From Actinomycetota bacterium (GTDB taxonomy: Bacteria > Actinomycetota > Acidimicrobiia > Acidimicrobiales > Ilumatobacteraceae), in assembly GCA_041165005.1 (NCBI GenBank), contig JBEAOI010000048.1, forward strand, positions 1 to 36,656: a DNA stretch of 36,656 nt, in the 5' to 3' direction. Below, piece after piece: positions 7,522 to 16,611 of the stretch; position 1 is the stretch's first letter, and each line of letters starts with the position of its first letter. The notes under the pieces were generated by a model. It worked only from the letters and a program-made list of their open reading frames with translations. It was not told the origin of the DNA and ran no database searches. A program made the position numbers and the translations under genes.

Positions 7522-8235
7522 GTGCAAGAGCGCATTTCGCCCCTAATTGAAAGCCAAATCAGCTTTGCCCACCGTGGGGCGAGGGCCCATCTTCCAGAAA
7601 ACACCATTGACGCTTTCGAACTTGCTATTCGATTAGGAGCCACCGGCCTCGAATCTGATACCTGGATAACTCGCGATGGAATTGCGGTACTGGATCACGA
7701 TGGAGTGGTGAAAGGCAGAATCCGTAACAAACCAATTAGCAACTTCAACCGCAGTGAACTCCCTGAATGGATACCGTCACTTTCTGATTTGTATTCGCAC
7801 TGTGGCTCAGAATTGCACCTCAGTTTGGACATCAAGGACGTCAACAGCATGAACGCGGTTGTGCAGACGATGATTGAACTTGGTAATCCGAAAAAGACTT
7901 GGTTGTGCAATCCCGAATTGGCATTTTTGGAGCAATGGGTTGGGCGTGTTGCCGGCGCCAACCTGGTGCACTCCACTCGATTGAAGGCAATGTTGAAGGG
8001 CCCAGAACGACATGCCGCAACTCTGCGTGACCTTGGAATTTCAACGGTGAATATGCCATTCCCCGATTGGAATGGTGGACTTGTTGCTCTATTTCATCGC
8101 TTCAACATTTTGTGTTTTGGTTGGAATCTGCAGTATCCAGAGGTGCTAACAACAGGGCTACGCATGGGCTTGGATGGAATCTTCAGCGATTGGCCCGATA
8201 GAGCATCTGACGCAATGATGAACCTCAATGGTTGA
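7522..8235 (+). CDS. Glycerophosphodiester phosphodiesterase (cytoplasmic UgpQ-like, GDPD family)
   Basis: 237 aa. FAHRGARAHLPENTIDAFELAIRLGATGLESDTWITRDGIAVLDHD matches the GDPD HR...EN..E.D signature. No signal peptide is present. GTG start at 7522. Confidence 0.85.
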   Translation: MQERISPLIESQISFAHRGARAHLPENTIDAFELAIRLGATGLESDTWITRDGIAVLDHDGVVKGRIRNKPISNFNRSELPEWIPSLSDLYSHCGSELHLSLDIKDVNSMNAVVQTMIELGNPKKTWLCNPELAFLEQWVGRVAGANLVHSTRLKAMLKGPERHAATLRDLGISTVNMPFPDWNGGLVALFHRFNILCFGWNLQYPEVLTTGLRMGLDGIFSDWPDRASDAMMNLNG

Positions 8236-8237
8236 AG

Positions 8238-8822
8238 TTAGAGCCAGTGGAAAGAACCGAGCGGCCAAATAATTACGAATGCTCGCCCAACTACAAGATC
8301 TTCCTCAATCGTTCCAAACATCCTGCTGTCGAATGACTGTGGGCGATTGTCTCCCATCACAAAAAGATGACCTGGCTCAACGATGGTCGAAGCCATCTCA
8401 GGGACTCGACAACGATCTTCAAGATTTGATTGTGCGAGGTCGTAATCATTGAGATACGGCTCGTTAACTTCGATGCCATTAACTGAAACCACACAATTTG
8501 AAATAGAAACTGAGTCGCCTGCTACACCGATCACACGCTTGATGAGATCGTCATGCTGCACCTCTACCCCATCGGTGGTAACACGATCAAAAACCACAAC
8601 GTCTCCACGATGAATATCGTGCAAGCGATACGAAAGTTTGTTTACAAGCACTCGGTTGTTTTGGAACATCGTAGATTCCATGCTCGGACCACTGATATAG
8701 AACTGCTGCAACACAAAGCCACGGACTACGAAGGCAATGAGTAGCGCAACGCCAATAACGGTGATCCATTCCCGGACTGCGTCCATTCCGGGTTTTGAGT
8801 TGGATTCGACAACTTCTGACAT
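8238..8822 (-). CDS. lepB: Signal peptidase I
   Basis: 194 aa. It has an N-terminal TM anchor, box B GPSMESTM (catalytic Ser), box D KRVIGVAGD (catalytic Lys) and box E GDNRPQSFDSR. Confidence 0.9.
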   Translation of the reverse strand: MSEVVESNSKPGMDAVREWITVIGVALLIAFVVRGFVLQQFYISGPSMESTMFQNNRVLVNKLSYRLHDIHRGDVVVFDRVTTDGVEVQHDDLIKRVIGVAGDSVSISNCVVSVNGIEVNEPYLNDYDLAQSNLEDRCRVPEMASTIVEPGHLFVMGDNRPQSFDSRMFGTIEEDLVVGRAFVIIWPLGSFHWL

Positions 8823-8852
8823 GAATTACCAACCTAGCAAGTCAGACGGAAG

Positions 8853-10211
8853 TTACAGCGAGTCAATTAGCCTTTGCACCCTTTCGTCTACAGATTGAAA
8901 TGGATCCTTGCAGACAACAGTTTTTGGAGTCTCATCGTTGAGTTTCAAGTGCACCCAATCAACCGTAAAGTCGCGTTTGGTTTGCTTTGCATGCCGTATG
9001 AAATCGCCGCGCAGTTTTGCTCGAGTTGTCTGAGGGGGATGACTCTTTGCATTATCGATGTCGCTTTGCGAGCAAACACTGTCAACTAATCCTTGCTGCT
9101 GGAGGTTATAGAAGACCCCTCTATCGCGCTTGATGTCGTGATATTGAATATCAACCATCTGCGCTTTGGCATCGTCCAGAGCAAGACTGTGGCGAGATCT
9201 GAAATTTTCGATGAGGTGGTACTTAATGACCCAATCAACTTCCCTATTGAGCTTCAGCGGATCGTCAGCGATGGTCGTAATGCAGTGCTCCCACATTTCT
9301 AAAGCACGCTGTTCCTCGTTGTTGAAGCCACGAGTTTCAGAAAACGAAATGGCCTTAAGTAGCAATTCTTGTTGAATCTCTAGAGCAGACCACTCTTTAC
9401 CGTTTGCTAACTTCACCTTCTTGCGACATGAAATGTCGTGGCTGATATCTCTAATAGCGCGCGCAGGATTGTCGAGCGTTAGGTCTCTTAGGTGCAAGTC
9501 GCTGTCTTCGAGCATTCTCAGCACGCACATTGCTGATCCGATCTTCACGAACGTGGTGTACTCGCTCATGTTTGAATCGCCAACAATCACATGCAATCGT
9601 CGATAGAGATCAGAATCGGCATGTGGCTCATCTCGCGTATTGATGATTGGTCTGCTGCGCGTGGTTGCGGAACTTACACCGTCCCAAATGTGTTCAGCGC
9701 GCTGCGCAATGGAAAATATCGGCCCGCGAGCAGTTTGCAGAATGTGTCCTGCACCGCAGAAAATCTGCCGCGATATGAGGAATGGAATGAATTGAGCGTT
9801 GTAATCAACAAGGTCACTGCTTCGAAGCGTGAGATAGTTTTCATGACAGCCATAACTGTTACCAGCAAAGTCAAGGTTGTTTTTAAACAAATACACCGTG
9901 CCACGAATACCTTCTTCGCGGAGTCGATCCTCGGCGCCAAACTGCAGATCTTGCATAATCAGTTCGCCCGCTTTGTCTTGTGCTACCACTTCGTAGATTG
10001 AATCGCATTCTGCTGTGGCGTACTCCGGATGGCTACCAACATCGAGATACAGCCGAGATCCATTTTCCATGAAGACGTTTGAGCTGCGTCCCCATGCAAC
10101 GACATTGCGAAATAGGTAACGCGAAATTTCGTCTGGGCTTAGGCGCCTTTGTCCGCGCAGTGTGCACGTTGCGCCGTATTCGGTTTCAATCCCGAATATA
10201 CGCCGATCCAT
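8853..10211 (-). CDS. pafA: Pup--protein ligase PafA
   Basis: 452 aa. The N-terminus [13 protein letters not shown] matches the family. It is homologous to the dop product in this window but lacks the Dop-specific loop insertion ([29 protein letters not shown] is contiguous). The size is typical of PafA. Confidence 0.93.
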   Translation of the reverse strand: MDRRIFGIETEYGATCTLRGQRRLSPDEISRYLFRNVVAWGRSSNVFMENGSRLYLDVGSHPEYATAECDSIYEVVAQDKAGELIMQDLQFGAEDRLREEGIRGTVYLFKNNLDFAGNSYGCHENYLTLRSSDLVDYNAQFIPFLISRQIFCGAGHILQTARGPIFSIAQRAEHIWDGVSSATTRSRPIINTRDEPHADSDLYRRLHVIVGDSNMSEYTTFVKIGSAMCVLRMLEDSDLHLRDLTLDNPARAIRDISHDISCRKKVKLANGKEWSALEIQQELLLKAISFSETRGFNNEEQRALEMWEHCITTIADDPLKLNREVDWVIKYHLIENFRSRHSLALDDAKAQMVDIQYHDIKRDRGVFYNLQQQGLVDSVCSQSDIDNAKSHPPQTTRAKLRGDFIRHAKQTKRDFTVDWVHLKLNDETPKTVVCKDPFQSVDERVQRLIDSL

Positions 10212-10216
10212 GAATG

Positions 10217-10894
10217 TCAGTTCAGCAGCGTTGCGAGTGAATCTTCGGTAAGTCGCTTAAAGCATCTACGACTACCGTTGCGCTGCAATAGCGTTACTTC
10301 TAGATCGCTTGCATGCAACTTGCGCTCATCAGTGGAAAGTGCTGTTCGTGCAAGATTGCAGACTTCTTTAAGCGACAGATCATTCTTGAAAGTAGCTGCA
10401 ACCTTGGTTTTGATGGAGTCGGTATCGCCACCAATAACAATGAATGGTTTCTCGTCAATGACTGTTCCGTCGTACATGATGTGAAACAGTTGGTCTTCGG
10501 CTGGTGTTGATCCCAGTTCAGCAACGAGAATCTCGACTTCGAGTGGTTTCACTTCGTGAGTAAATGTTTGACCAATGATCTGCGCGTACTGATTGGCAAG
10601 GCTCCGAGCATCGACATCTTCGCGAGAAAACTGGTATCCCTTAAGGTCTGCAGACCGCACTCCGAGTACACGTAGCGAATCGAATTCGTTGTACTTTCCA
10701 ACCCCTGCAAAAGCAATGCGGTCGTAAATCTCACTTGATTTGCGAAGCGTGTTCGAAGGATTCTCGGCAATGATGGAAATGCCTTCGCTGTATTGCAAAG
10801 CAACGAGCGACTTGCCTCTAGCTATGCCCTTGCGTGCAAAGTCAGCACGATCCTTCATCATCTGTTCTGGTGCTACGTAGTACGGCATGCTCAT
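10217..10894 (-). CDS. prcA: 20S proteasome alpha subunit
   Basis: 225 aa. [33 protein letters not shown] closely parallels actinobacterial PrcA N-termini. It has an ATGA overlap with the prcB stop. Confidence 0.95.
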   Translation of the reverse strand: MSMPYYVAPEQMMKDRADFARKGIARGKSLVALQYSEGISIIAENPSNTLRKSSEIYDRIAFAGVGKYNEFDSLRVLGVRSADLKGYQFSREDVDARSLANQYAQIIGQTFTHEVKPLEVEILVAELGSTPAEDQLFHIMYDGTVIDEKPFIVIGGDTDSIKTKVAATFKNDLSLKEVCNLARTALSTDERKLHASDLEVTLLQRNGSRRCFKRLTEDSLATLLN

Positions 10895-11676
10895 CGCTGT
10901 TGCACTCCTGTAGTGATTGCGGAGTAAATGGATGCCAAATCAGAATCAGGCACTCGACTGAAACCATCCTTCGTGATGGAAGCTACGACAGGATAAATTC
11001 CTCTCAGCACATCAGGCCCACCAGTTGCCGAATCGGCATCGGAGGCCTCCCAAAGCGCCCGGGATACCAATTCAATTGCTTCGGTAACGCTGATGTCGCG
11101 ACGCCATGAAACCCGCAACACTGTAGATGCATGCATTTGGCCAGAACCCGTTGCAACGAAATCCGATTCTTCGTATCGACCACCAGTCGCGTCGTAGTCC
11201 CACAGACGACCTTGATTCAGGTGTGTGTCGTACCCGGCAAAAATTGGTACCACCATGAGCCCCTGCATTGCTGCGGGCAAGTTGTTTCGAACGAACATGG
11301 AGAGTTGATTGGCTTTACCCTCTAGCGATAATGGCTGTCCTTCGACCTTTTCGTAGTGTTCGATCTGCAGTTGGAACAACTTGACCATTTCCATCGCAGG
11401 TCCTGCTGCCCCAGCAATCGCAACACCGCTGAAATCGTCGGCTTGAACGACCTTTTCCATAGATCGATGACTAATCAGATTTCCTGATGTCGCCCTTCGG
11501 TCCCCAGCCATGACTACTCCGCCTGCACAACGCACTGCGACACAGGTGGTGGCATGCGGAATATCAATCTGGGAAACATTCGCATAATCTGCAAACGGGG
11601 AAAGCCCTACTCGCTTTAACAATTCGCCAAAATTCGAACCAGGATCTTGATCGATAGGAAAAACTGGAAACTTCAT
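10891..11676 (-). CDS. prcB: 20S proteasome beta subunit (with propeptide)
   Basis: 261 aa. The predicted processing site is ...IPHA|TTCVAV. Counting from that Thr, Thr1, Asp17 and Lys33 are in the canonical positions. That implies a 42-aa propeptide. Confidence 0.95.
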   Translation of the reverse strand: MKFPVFPIDQDPGSNFGELLKRVGLSPFADYANVSQIDIPHATTCVAVRCAGGVVMAGDRRATSGNLISHRSMEKVVQADDFSGVAIAGAAGPAMEMVKLFQLQIEHYEKVEGQPLSLEGKANQLSMFVRNNLPAAMQGLMVVPIFAGYDTHLNQGRLWDYDATGGRYEESDFVATGSGQMHASTVLRVSWRRDISVTEAIELVSRALWEASDADSATGGPDVLRGIYPVVASITKDGFSRVPDSDLASIYSAITTGVQQR

Positions 11677-11694
11677 GGTGATGTCAGGCTAAGC

Positions 11695-11892
11695 CTATTG
11701 TCCACCCTTTTGGACATAACTTTTTACGAACTCTTCTGCATTCTCTTCTAAGACTTCGTCTATTTGGTCAAGAATCAAATCAAGATCAGACTTAATCGGG
11801 TCGTGATCCTTGGGTTGCAATTCAGCCTCGGACTCATTCGTACCCTGACGGTCCTGTTCGTGCTGCTTGAATACTCGTTCGCCCATGTTCAC
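11695..11892 (-). CDS. pup: Prokaryotic ubiquitin-like protein Pup
   Basis: 63-65 aa. The C-terminus ...DEVLEENAEEFVKSYVQKGGQ is the canonical Pup tail ending in GGQ. The GTG at 11892 overlaps the dop stop as GTGA. An alternative ATG lies at 11886. Confidence 0.95.
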   Translation of the reverse strand: MNMGERVFKQHEQDRQGTNESEAELQPKDHDPIKSDLDLILDQIDEVLEENAEEFVKSYVQKGGQ

Positions 11893-13397
11893 AGAGTACT
11901 ACTCGGTAAATCTTGTTGACCAAGCAGAGCCAGCAATTCATCAACAGAAGTACTTGACTCGATGATTGATTCGGTAAGTTCGCGTGTGCCCTTTAGAGGT
12001 TCGTTCATGTACACCTTTTGGAGAGGACGATTCGCGACATCAAACACAATGCTGTCCCAGTTGGCATTGACAATGTGGTCGAACCATTTATCGACTACCC
12101 GACCGCGAAAGAAGGCTCTCGTTGTGTCGGGTGGCTGCTGTGCAGCGTCAGCAATGTTTTCGGGATCAAACAGGTTAAGTAGATTCAATTTCGTTGCTAG
12201 GCACGTCTTTGGGTCAAGTGAGTGATACATCAAATCAATGGCCTTCAGACGCGAGTCGGAGTCAGATAAGGAATGGCGATTCTTGGTTCCATTGACAAGT
12301 TGTAATTTTGCAATCCAGTCAATTTTCTTTGAGAGTGAATCTGGCTGAACAGACAAATCGTGCAATGTCTGTTCCCAGTTGACCAGAACATCGTTTGCTT
12401 CTTCATGAGTTAAACCGCAGTAGGAACTCGAAGCAACGTAAGCCTTCACAGCCGCACAGAGTTCGTTCTGGATTGCTAGGGCCGTCATACGGGAGCCATC
12501 TGCCATCAGCACTTGTTCGCTCAAGGTCACGTCACGGCTGATTTGTTTGATCGCATGAACAGGATGCGCAATGAGTAAGTGCTGAGGAAATGCGCCATCT
12601 TCGATCATTGAAAGCACAAGTGCAGTTGACCCAAGTTTCAGATATGTGGCGAATTGGCTCATATTTGCGTCACCAACGATCACGTGTAAACGCCGATACT
12701 TCTGAGGGTCGCAATGCGGTTCATCCCGTGTATTGACGATTGGGCGCTTCATGGTGGTTTCTAAACCAATCAACTCTTCAAAGAAATCAGCGCGCTGACT
12801 GATCTGGAAGCCAGACTGATCGACGACTCCCGTTGGGGTTTCGTGCCCGACCTTTCCTGAGCCACAAAAAATTTGTCGAGTGACGAAATGTGTGGTGATG
12901 AATGCTGCAAGTTTCGCAAACGGCAGTTGTCGATCAATCAAGTAGTTCTCGTGACAGCCGTAACTATTGCCTTTGCCATCAGAGTTGTTTTTATACAGGT
13001 CAATTCGAACTCCCTGTGGAAGTCTTTCATTTGCCTTGTTCATGCTCTCGCGAAGAATGAATTCGCCGGCAACATCAAAAAGCACGGCATCGCGAATCGT
13101 CGCACACTCCGGGCTGGAATACTCAGGGTGAGCGTGATCAACGTAGTAACGCGCCCCATTCGATAACACCGTGTTGATCATCTTTGAATCAATGACGGGA
13201 TCGAGATAATCGTCAAGATTCACTCCTCGTGCATCCCGAGATGGGCTTTCATGACTCGCATCAAATGATGCAAATGCCCACGACGAGTCTTTATATGCGC
13301 TCACGATAAGCGAGGAAGCTGTAATCGGGTCTACTTCTGCGCCACTCAGCAGAATTCCATATTCAGTTTCAATTCCGCAGACCTTCGGAGTTGCCAC
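11889..13397 (-). CDS. dop: Pup deamidase/depupylase Dop
   Basis: 502 aa. The N-terminus is CGIETEYG. Relative to PafA it carries a roughly 40-aa insertion (ASFDASHESPSRDARGVNLDDYLDPVIDSKM...) at the position of the Dop loop. GTG start at 13397, directly abutting the arc stop. Confidence 0.93.
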   Translation of the reverse strand: MATPKVCGIETEYGILLSGAEVDPITASSLIVSAYKDSSWAFASFDASHESPSRDARGVNLDDYLDPVIDSKMINTVLSNGARYYVDHAHPEYSSPECATIRDAVLFDVAGEFILRESMNKANERLPQGVRIDLYKNNSDGKGNSYGCHENYLIDRQLPFAKLAAFITTHFVTRQIFCGSGKVGHETPTGVVDQSGFQISQRADFFEELIGLETTMKRPIVNTRDEPHCDPQKYRRLHVIVGDANMSQFATYLKLGSTALVLSMIEDGAFPQHLLIAHPVHAIKQISRDVTLSEQVLMADGSRMTALAIQNELCAAVKAYVASSSYCGLTHEEANDVLVNWEQTLHDLSVQPDSLSKKIDWIAKLQLVNGTKNRHSLSDSDSRLKAIDLMYHSLDPKTCLATKLNLLNLFDPENIADAAQQPPDTTRAFFRGRVVDKWFDHIVNANWDSIVFDVANRPLQKVYMNEPLKGTRELTESIIESSTSVDELLALLGQQDLPSSTL

Positions 13398-15020
13398 TTA
13401 TAGGTACTGCCCCGTTGCAGCGCGTTCTATTTCCTTGCCTCCGATGAGTTCGTCTCCGCCGTCTGCATGTGTCGTGATTGTTCGGATGTACACAATGCGT
13501 TCACCTTTGCGGCCAGAAATCTTTGCCCAATCGTCTGGATTGGTGGTATTTGGCAAATCTTCATGCTCTAAGAACTCATCGACAACTGAACTGATCAGAT
13601 CGTCAGTGATAATGCCACCATCGCCACCGTCTATGCGGCGCTTGATTGCCTTCTTCTTAGCTCGGCGAACGATGTTCTCCAGCATCGCACCTGAAAGAAA
13701 ATCTTTGTAGAACAATTCCTCTTTCTCACCATTTTGATAGGTGATTTCAAGAAAACGATTCTCTGCTGTTTCTGCAAAAATTCGGTCAATCGCAAGATCA
13801 ACAATGTCTGAAATTTGACAACCTTCTCCAAATGGCAGATCATCGGAGAGATAACGCAGAAGAATTTGCTGGGCAGCATTTCGATTTGGTCGATCTACAC
13901 GAATCTTCACGTCTAATCGACCCGGTCGAAGGATGGCGGGGTCGATCAAATCTTCGCGATTGGTTGCGCCAATGATGATGACATTTTGCAATTTGTCAGC
14001 GCCATCAATCTCCGCAAGTAATTGTGGAACGATCGTCGACTCCATGTCCGATGAAACACCCGTTCCACGTGTTCGAAACATTGAATCCATTTCATCGAAG
14101 AAGATGATGACTGGCCAACCCTCTTCACTCTTTTCACGTGCTCTTTGAAACACCAATCGAATTTGACGTTCTGTTTCGCCAACATATTTATTGAGAAGTT
14201 CAGGGCCCTTGATATTGATGAAATACGAACGACCTTTATCGTCTCCAGTTTTTGCAGCAACACGTTGAGCAAGACTGTTCGCAACGGCTTTCGCTATCAG
14301 AGTCTTCCCACAACCAGGAGGGCCGTACAACAGAATTCCCTTTGGTGCCGGTAGTTGATACTCCGCGAATAGATCAGCATGCAGGAATGGAAGTTCTACA
14401 GCATCGCGAATTTTTTCGATCTGATCATCTAGGCCCCCGATATCGGCAAAGGTGACATTTGGAACATGTTCAAGCAAGAGATGTTCAACTTCTGGTTGCA
14501 ACAGGCGTTCAAGCAGCAGATTTGACCGCGAGTCAAGACGAAGCAAGTCGCCAGAGCGTAAATTTGCTCCACGCAGTGAATCTGAAAGTTCGCACACGCG
14601 CTCGTCATCTCCGCGGAATGACACGATTGCGCGAATTCCATCTTCAAGAACTTTGGTTAGCGTCACAACGTCACCAGCGTGTTCTGGATGGCGCGCCTCA
14701 ACAATGCTCATTGAGTCATTGAGCAACACCTCGGATCCGAGCTCAATCGTGTCGCAATCAATGTTTCCACCAACAGAAACTCGAAGTTTGCGACCGTTCA
14801 CCAAAACGTCAAAATGGTCATCTGGATTTCGGCCGACCACGATCCCGTAGGGGCTGGGTGGCCGAGTGAGCTTCTCAACTCGCTCACCGAGTTGCACGAC
14901 TTCCTCTCGAAGTTCACGAAGCGCGTATTCCAATCGATGGTTCTTCTCCACCTCGGCTTTGAGTTTTTGGGCAAGCGCATCCCCGCCCAGTGCGGACTCG
15001 TTTGGTTGGTTATCTGCCAA
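13398..15020 (-). CDS. arc: Proteasome-associated AAA ATPase ARC/Mpa
   Basis: 540 aa. It has an N-terminal coiled coil, OB-like region, AAA+ Walker A GPPGCGKT, Walker B IIFFDEMD, and the C-terminal GQYL proteasome-docking motif. TTG start at 15020. Confidence 0.95.
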   Translation of the reverse strand: MADNQPNESALGGDALAQKLKAEVEKNHRLEYALRELREEVVQLGERVEKLTRPPSPYGIVVGRNPDDHFDVLVNGRKLRVSVGGNIDCDTIELGSEVLLNDSMSIVEARHPEHAGDVVTLTKVLEDGIRAIVSFRGDDERVCELSDSLRGANLRSGDLLRLDSRSNLLLERLLQPEVEHLLLEHVPNVTFADIGGLDDQIEKIRDAVELPFLHADLFAEYQLPAPKGILLYGPPGCGKTLIAKAVANSLAQRVAAKTGDDKGRSYFINIKGPELLNKYVGETERQIRLVFQRAREKSEEGWPVIIFFDEMDSMFRTRGTGVSSDMESTIVPQLLAEIDGADKLQNVIIIGATNREDLIDPAILRPGRLDVKIRVDRPNRNAAQQILLRYLSDDLPFGEGCQISDIVDLAIDRIFAETAENRFLEITYQNGEKEELFYKDFLSGAMLENIVRRAKKKAIKRRIDGGDGGIITDDLISSVVDEFLEHEDLPNTTNPDDWAKISGRKGERIVYIRTITTHADGGDELIGGKEIERAATGQYL

Positions 15021-15185
15021 GATTTACCCCATTCCGATCAGTGCACTTGTAAACCTAGCCATTCTGACCCTCAGATCTCTTAGGGATGTTCAAATTCACA
15101 AGGCAAAAGTTCGCTCGCCACGATCGGGAGAATGTAGTCTGTGCTCTGAATTAGTCATCAAAAAATTGCTGAAGGAGTACATGAC
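15021..15185. promoter_or_regulatory. Divergent intergenic/promoter region between arc (minus) and ferredoxin (plus)
   Basis: This is the largest non-coding gap in the window (165 bp). It lies between divergent starts. GAAGGAG lies 8 nt upstream of the ferredoxin ATG. It contains an imperfect 18-bp palindrome at 15068-15085. No promoter hexamers could be assigned with confidence. Confidence 0.5.
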
Positions 15186-15431
15186 ATGAAGGTCTGGATT
15201 GATCAAGATCTCTGCACCGGAGACGGACTGTGCGAGGAAATTGCACCAGATGTGTTCACGTTGCTCGATGACGGTCTCGCTTACGTTCGCGAAAAGGACA
15301 AGATCTTCGCAACTGCCAAGGGCAACCCTCAGGGCGCTGAAGGTATGGCAAACTTTGAAGACAAGTTGATGGACGCTGTTATTGAATCCGCCGAGGAATG
15401 CCCCGGCGAATGCATCTTCATCGAGCCTTAA
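15186..15431 (+). CDS. Small single-cluster ferredoxin (CxxDxxC...CP type, 3Fe-4S/4Fe-4S)
   Basis: 81 aa. MKVWIDQDLCTGDGLCEEIAPDVF...ECPGECIFIE shows the Cys-x2-Asp-x2-Cys plus distal Cys-Pro pattern of small actinobacterial/archaeal ferredoxins. It has a strong RBS. Confidence 0.85.
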   Translation: MKVWIDQDLCTGDGLCEEIAPDVFTLLDDGLAYVREKDKIFATAKGNPQGAEGMANFEDKLMDAVIESAEECPGECIFIEP

Positions 15432-16231
15432 TCGCTCGCTTGCTCCATTGACACGGCGTTATCGCCGATATAACGCGCAACAGTAAGAAATGCGGTATGT
15501 GCGACCATTCTGTGGTCTGGTCTGACGGCCATTCCCTCGATGTGCCATGTGCGATGTAGCACTTCCATCGTGCGTGCTTCGATCCAGTAATTTCCGAAGC
15601 ACTGCCTTACCTGCACAGCCTGGGTGATGCTTGGCGTGTAGGCAACGAGTAATCCACCCTTTCGCAACACCTTTTCGGCATGTGGAACAACGTTCCAAGG
15701 TTCAGGTAGGTCTAGAACCACCCGATCGAAGTCTTGACCATCGATGCCTTCGTATGCATCTCGAATCTGCACGTCGTAACGATCAAGGGCAGCTTCGCCC
15801 AAGAACGAACGAACATTTGACTTCGCGCGATTAGCAAAATCTTCTCTCAATTCGTAACCCGTGATGTGCGCTCCGTAACGCAACATGGTCATTGAAAGTG
15901 CGCCGCTACCTACACCCGTTTCAAAAACACGCATTCCTGGTCCGATGTCGGCAATCATGCAAATTGGGGCGAGATCCTTGGGATAGATGACTTGCGCGCC
16001 ACGTGGCATTTCAAGAACGAAGTCTTCCAATGTTGGTCGCAAGATTGAATAGCTGGACCCCTTTGAATTTGCGATCAGCGCACCTTCCTCAAGACCAACA
16101 ATCTGTGCGTGTGTAATGACGCCAGAGTGACTATGAAACTCTCCCTTCTCGGAGAGAGTTGCGAGGTATCGACGTTTCTTGCTGTCAATAATCAGAACAC
16201 GTTCGCCAAACTGAAATGTGCGGATACTCAT
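15428..16231 (-). CDS. trmI: tRNA (adenine58-N1)-methyltransferase TrmI (GCD14 family)
   Basis: 267 aa. The N-terminal beta domain is FQFGERVLIIDSKKRRYLATL...GEFHSHSGVITH. The SAM-binding motif is VFETGVGSGALS. Its position downstream of arc matches Mycobacterium. Its stop shares TTAA with the convergent ferredoxin stop. Confidence 0.9.
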   Translation of the reverse strand: MSIRTFQFGERVLIIDSKKRRYLATLSEKGEFHSHSGVITHAQIVGLEEGALIANSKGSSYSILRPTLEDFVLEMPRGAQVIYPKDLAPICMIADIGPGMRVFETGVGSGALSMTMLRYGAHITGYELREDFANRAKSNVRSFLGEAALDRYDVQIRDAYEGIDGQDFDRVVLDLPEPWNVVPHAEKVLRKGGLLVAYTPSITQAVQVRQCFGNYWIEARTMEVLHRTWHIEGMAVRPDHRMVAHTAFLTVARYIGDNAVSMEQASD

Positions 16232-16422
16232 AGTGGCGATTCCTTCTTGCGGATGATGACTTCTTCATCCTTGCGGATGCGAATGGTGGTGACCTCTTCC
16301 TTCCGGTCGCGTTCGCGTAACCACTTAAACGCACGCCAAAGAACCGGAATCCACCACAACGAATCACGAAGCGAAGTGGTCGCTTGAGTGCTTTGATTTT
16401 TACTGTCGGATTTCGAGAACAC
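16228..16422 (-). CDS. Hypothetical small protein (Trp-rich hydrophobic segment, charged C-terminus)
   Basis: ORF 16228..16452. The only plausible start near the end of the upstream gene is the GTG at 16422. The stop overlaps the trmI ATG as ATGA, which suggests translational coupling. No family was recognised. Confidence 0.35.
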   Translation of the reverse strand: MFSKSDSKNQSTQATTSLRDSLWWIPVLWRAFKWLRERDRKEEVTTIRIRKDEEVIIRKKESPL

Positions 16423-16609
16423 TGCGACGCTTTCTACCGCTTCTCCGTCCAAGTGCGTAAGCGATAATCACAACCACCCCACCAGCAATTGCTGCATATG
16501 TAGCAATGGAAGTTTTGTTGCGATCGGTCACACCTTGAATGTCATCTTGAAGCGATTTGAACTTTTGTTCAAGGTCGTCGCGTGTGATCTTTGGCTGCTG
16601 TTCCGTCAT
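16400..16609 (-). CDS. Hypothetical small tail-anchored membrane protein
   Basis: 69 aa. It has an N-terminal helical/coiled segment, a single C-terminal TM (YAAIAGGVVVIIAYAL) and a basic tail (GRRSGRKRR). GAGGG lies 8 nt upstream of the ATG. It starts 2 nt after the upstream stop. Confidence 0.55.
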   Translation of the reverse strand: MTEQQPKITRDDLEQKFKSLQDDIQGVTDRNKTSIATYAAIAGGVVVIIAYALGRRSGRKRRSVLEIRQ

Positions 16610-16611
16610 GC

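Noticed and set aside
15084-15100. GGATGTTCAAATTCACA resembling a tRNA T-arm/T-loop (GTTCAAAT)
   Set aside because: The flanking bases cannot form the 5-bp T-stem (GGATG versus TCACA). No acceptor or anticodon arms can be built in the 165-bp intergenic region.
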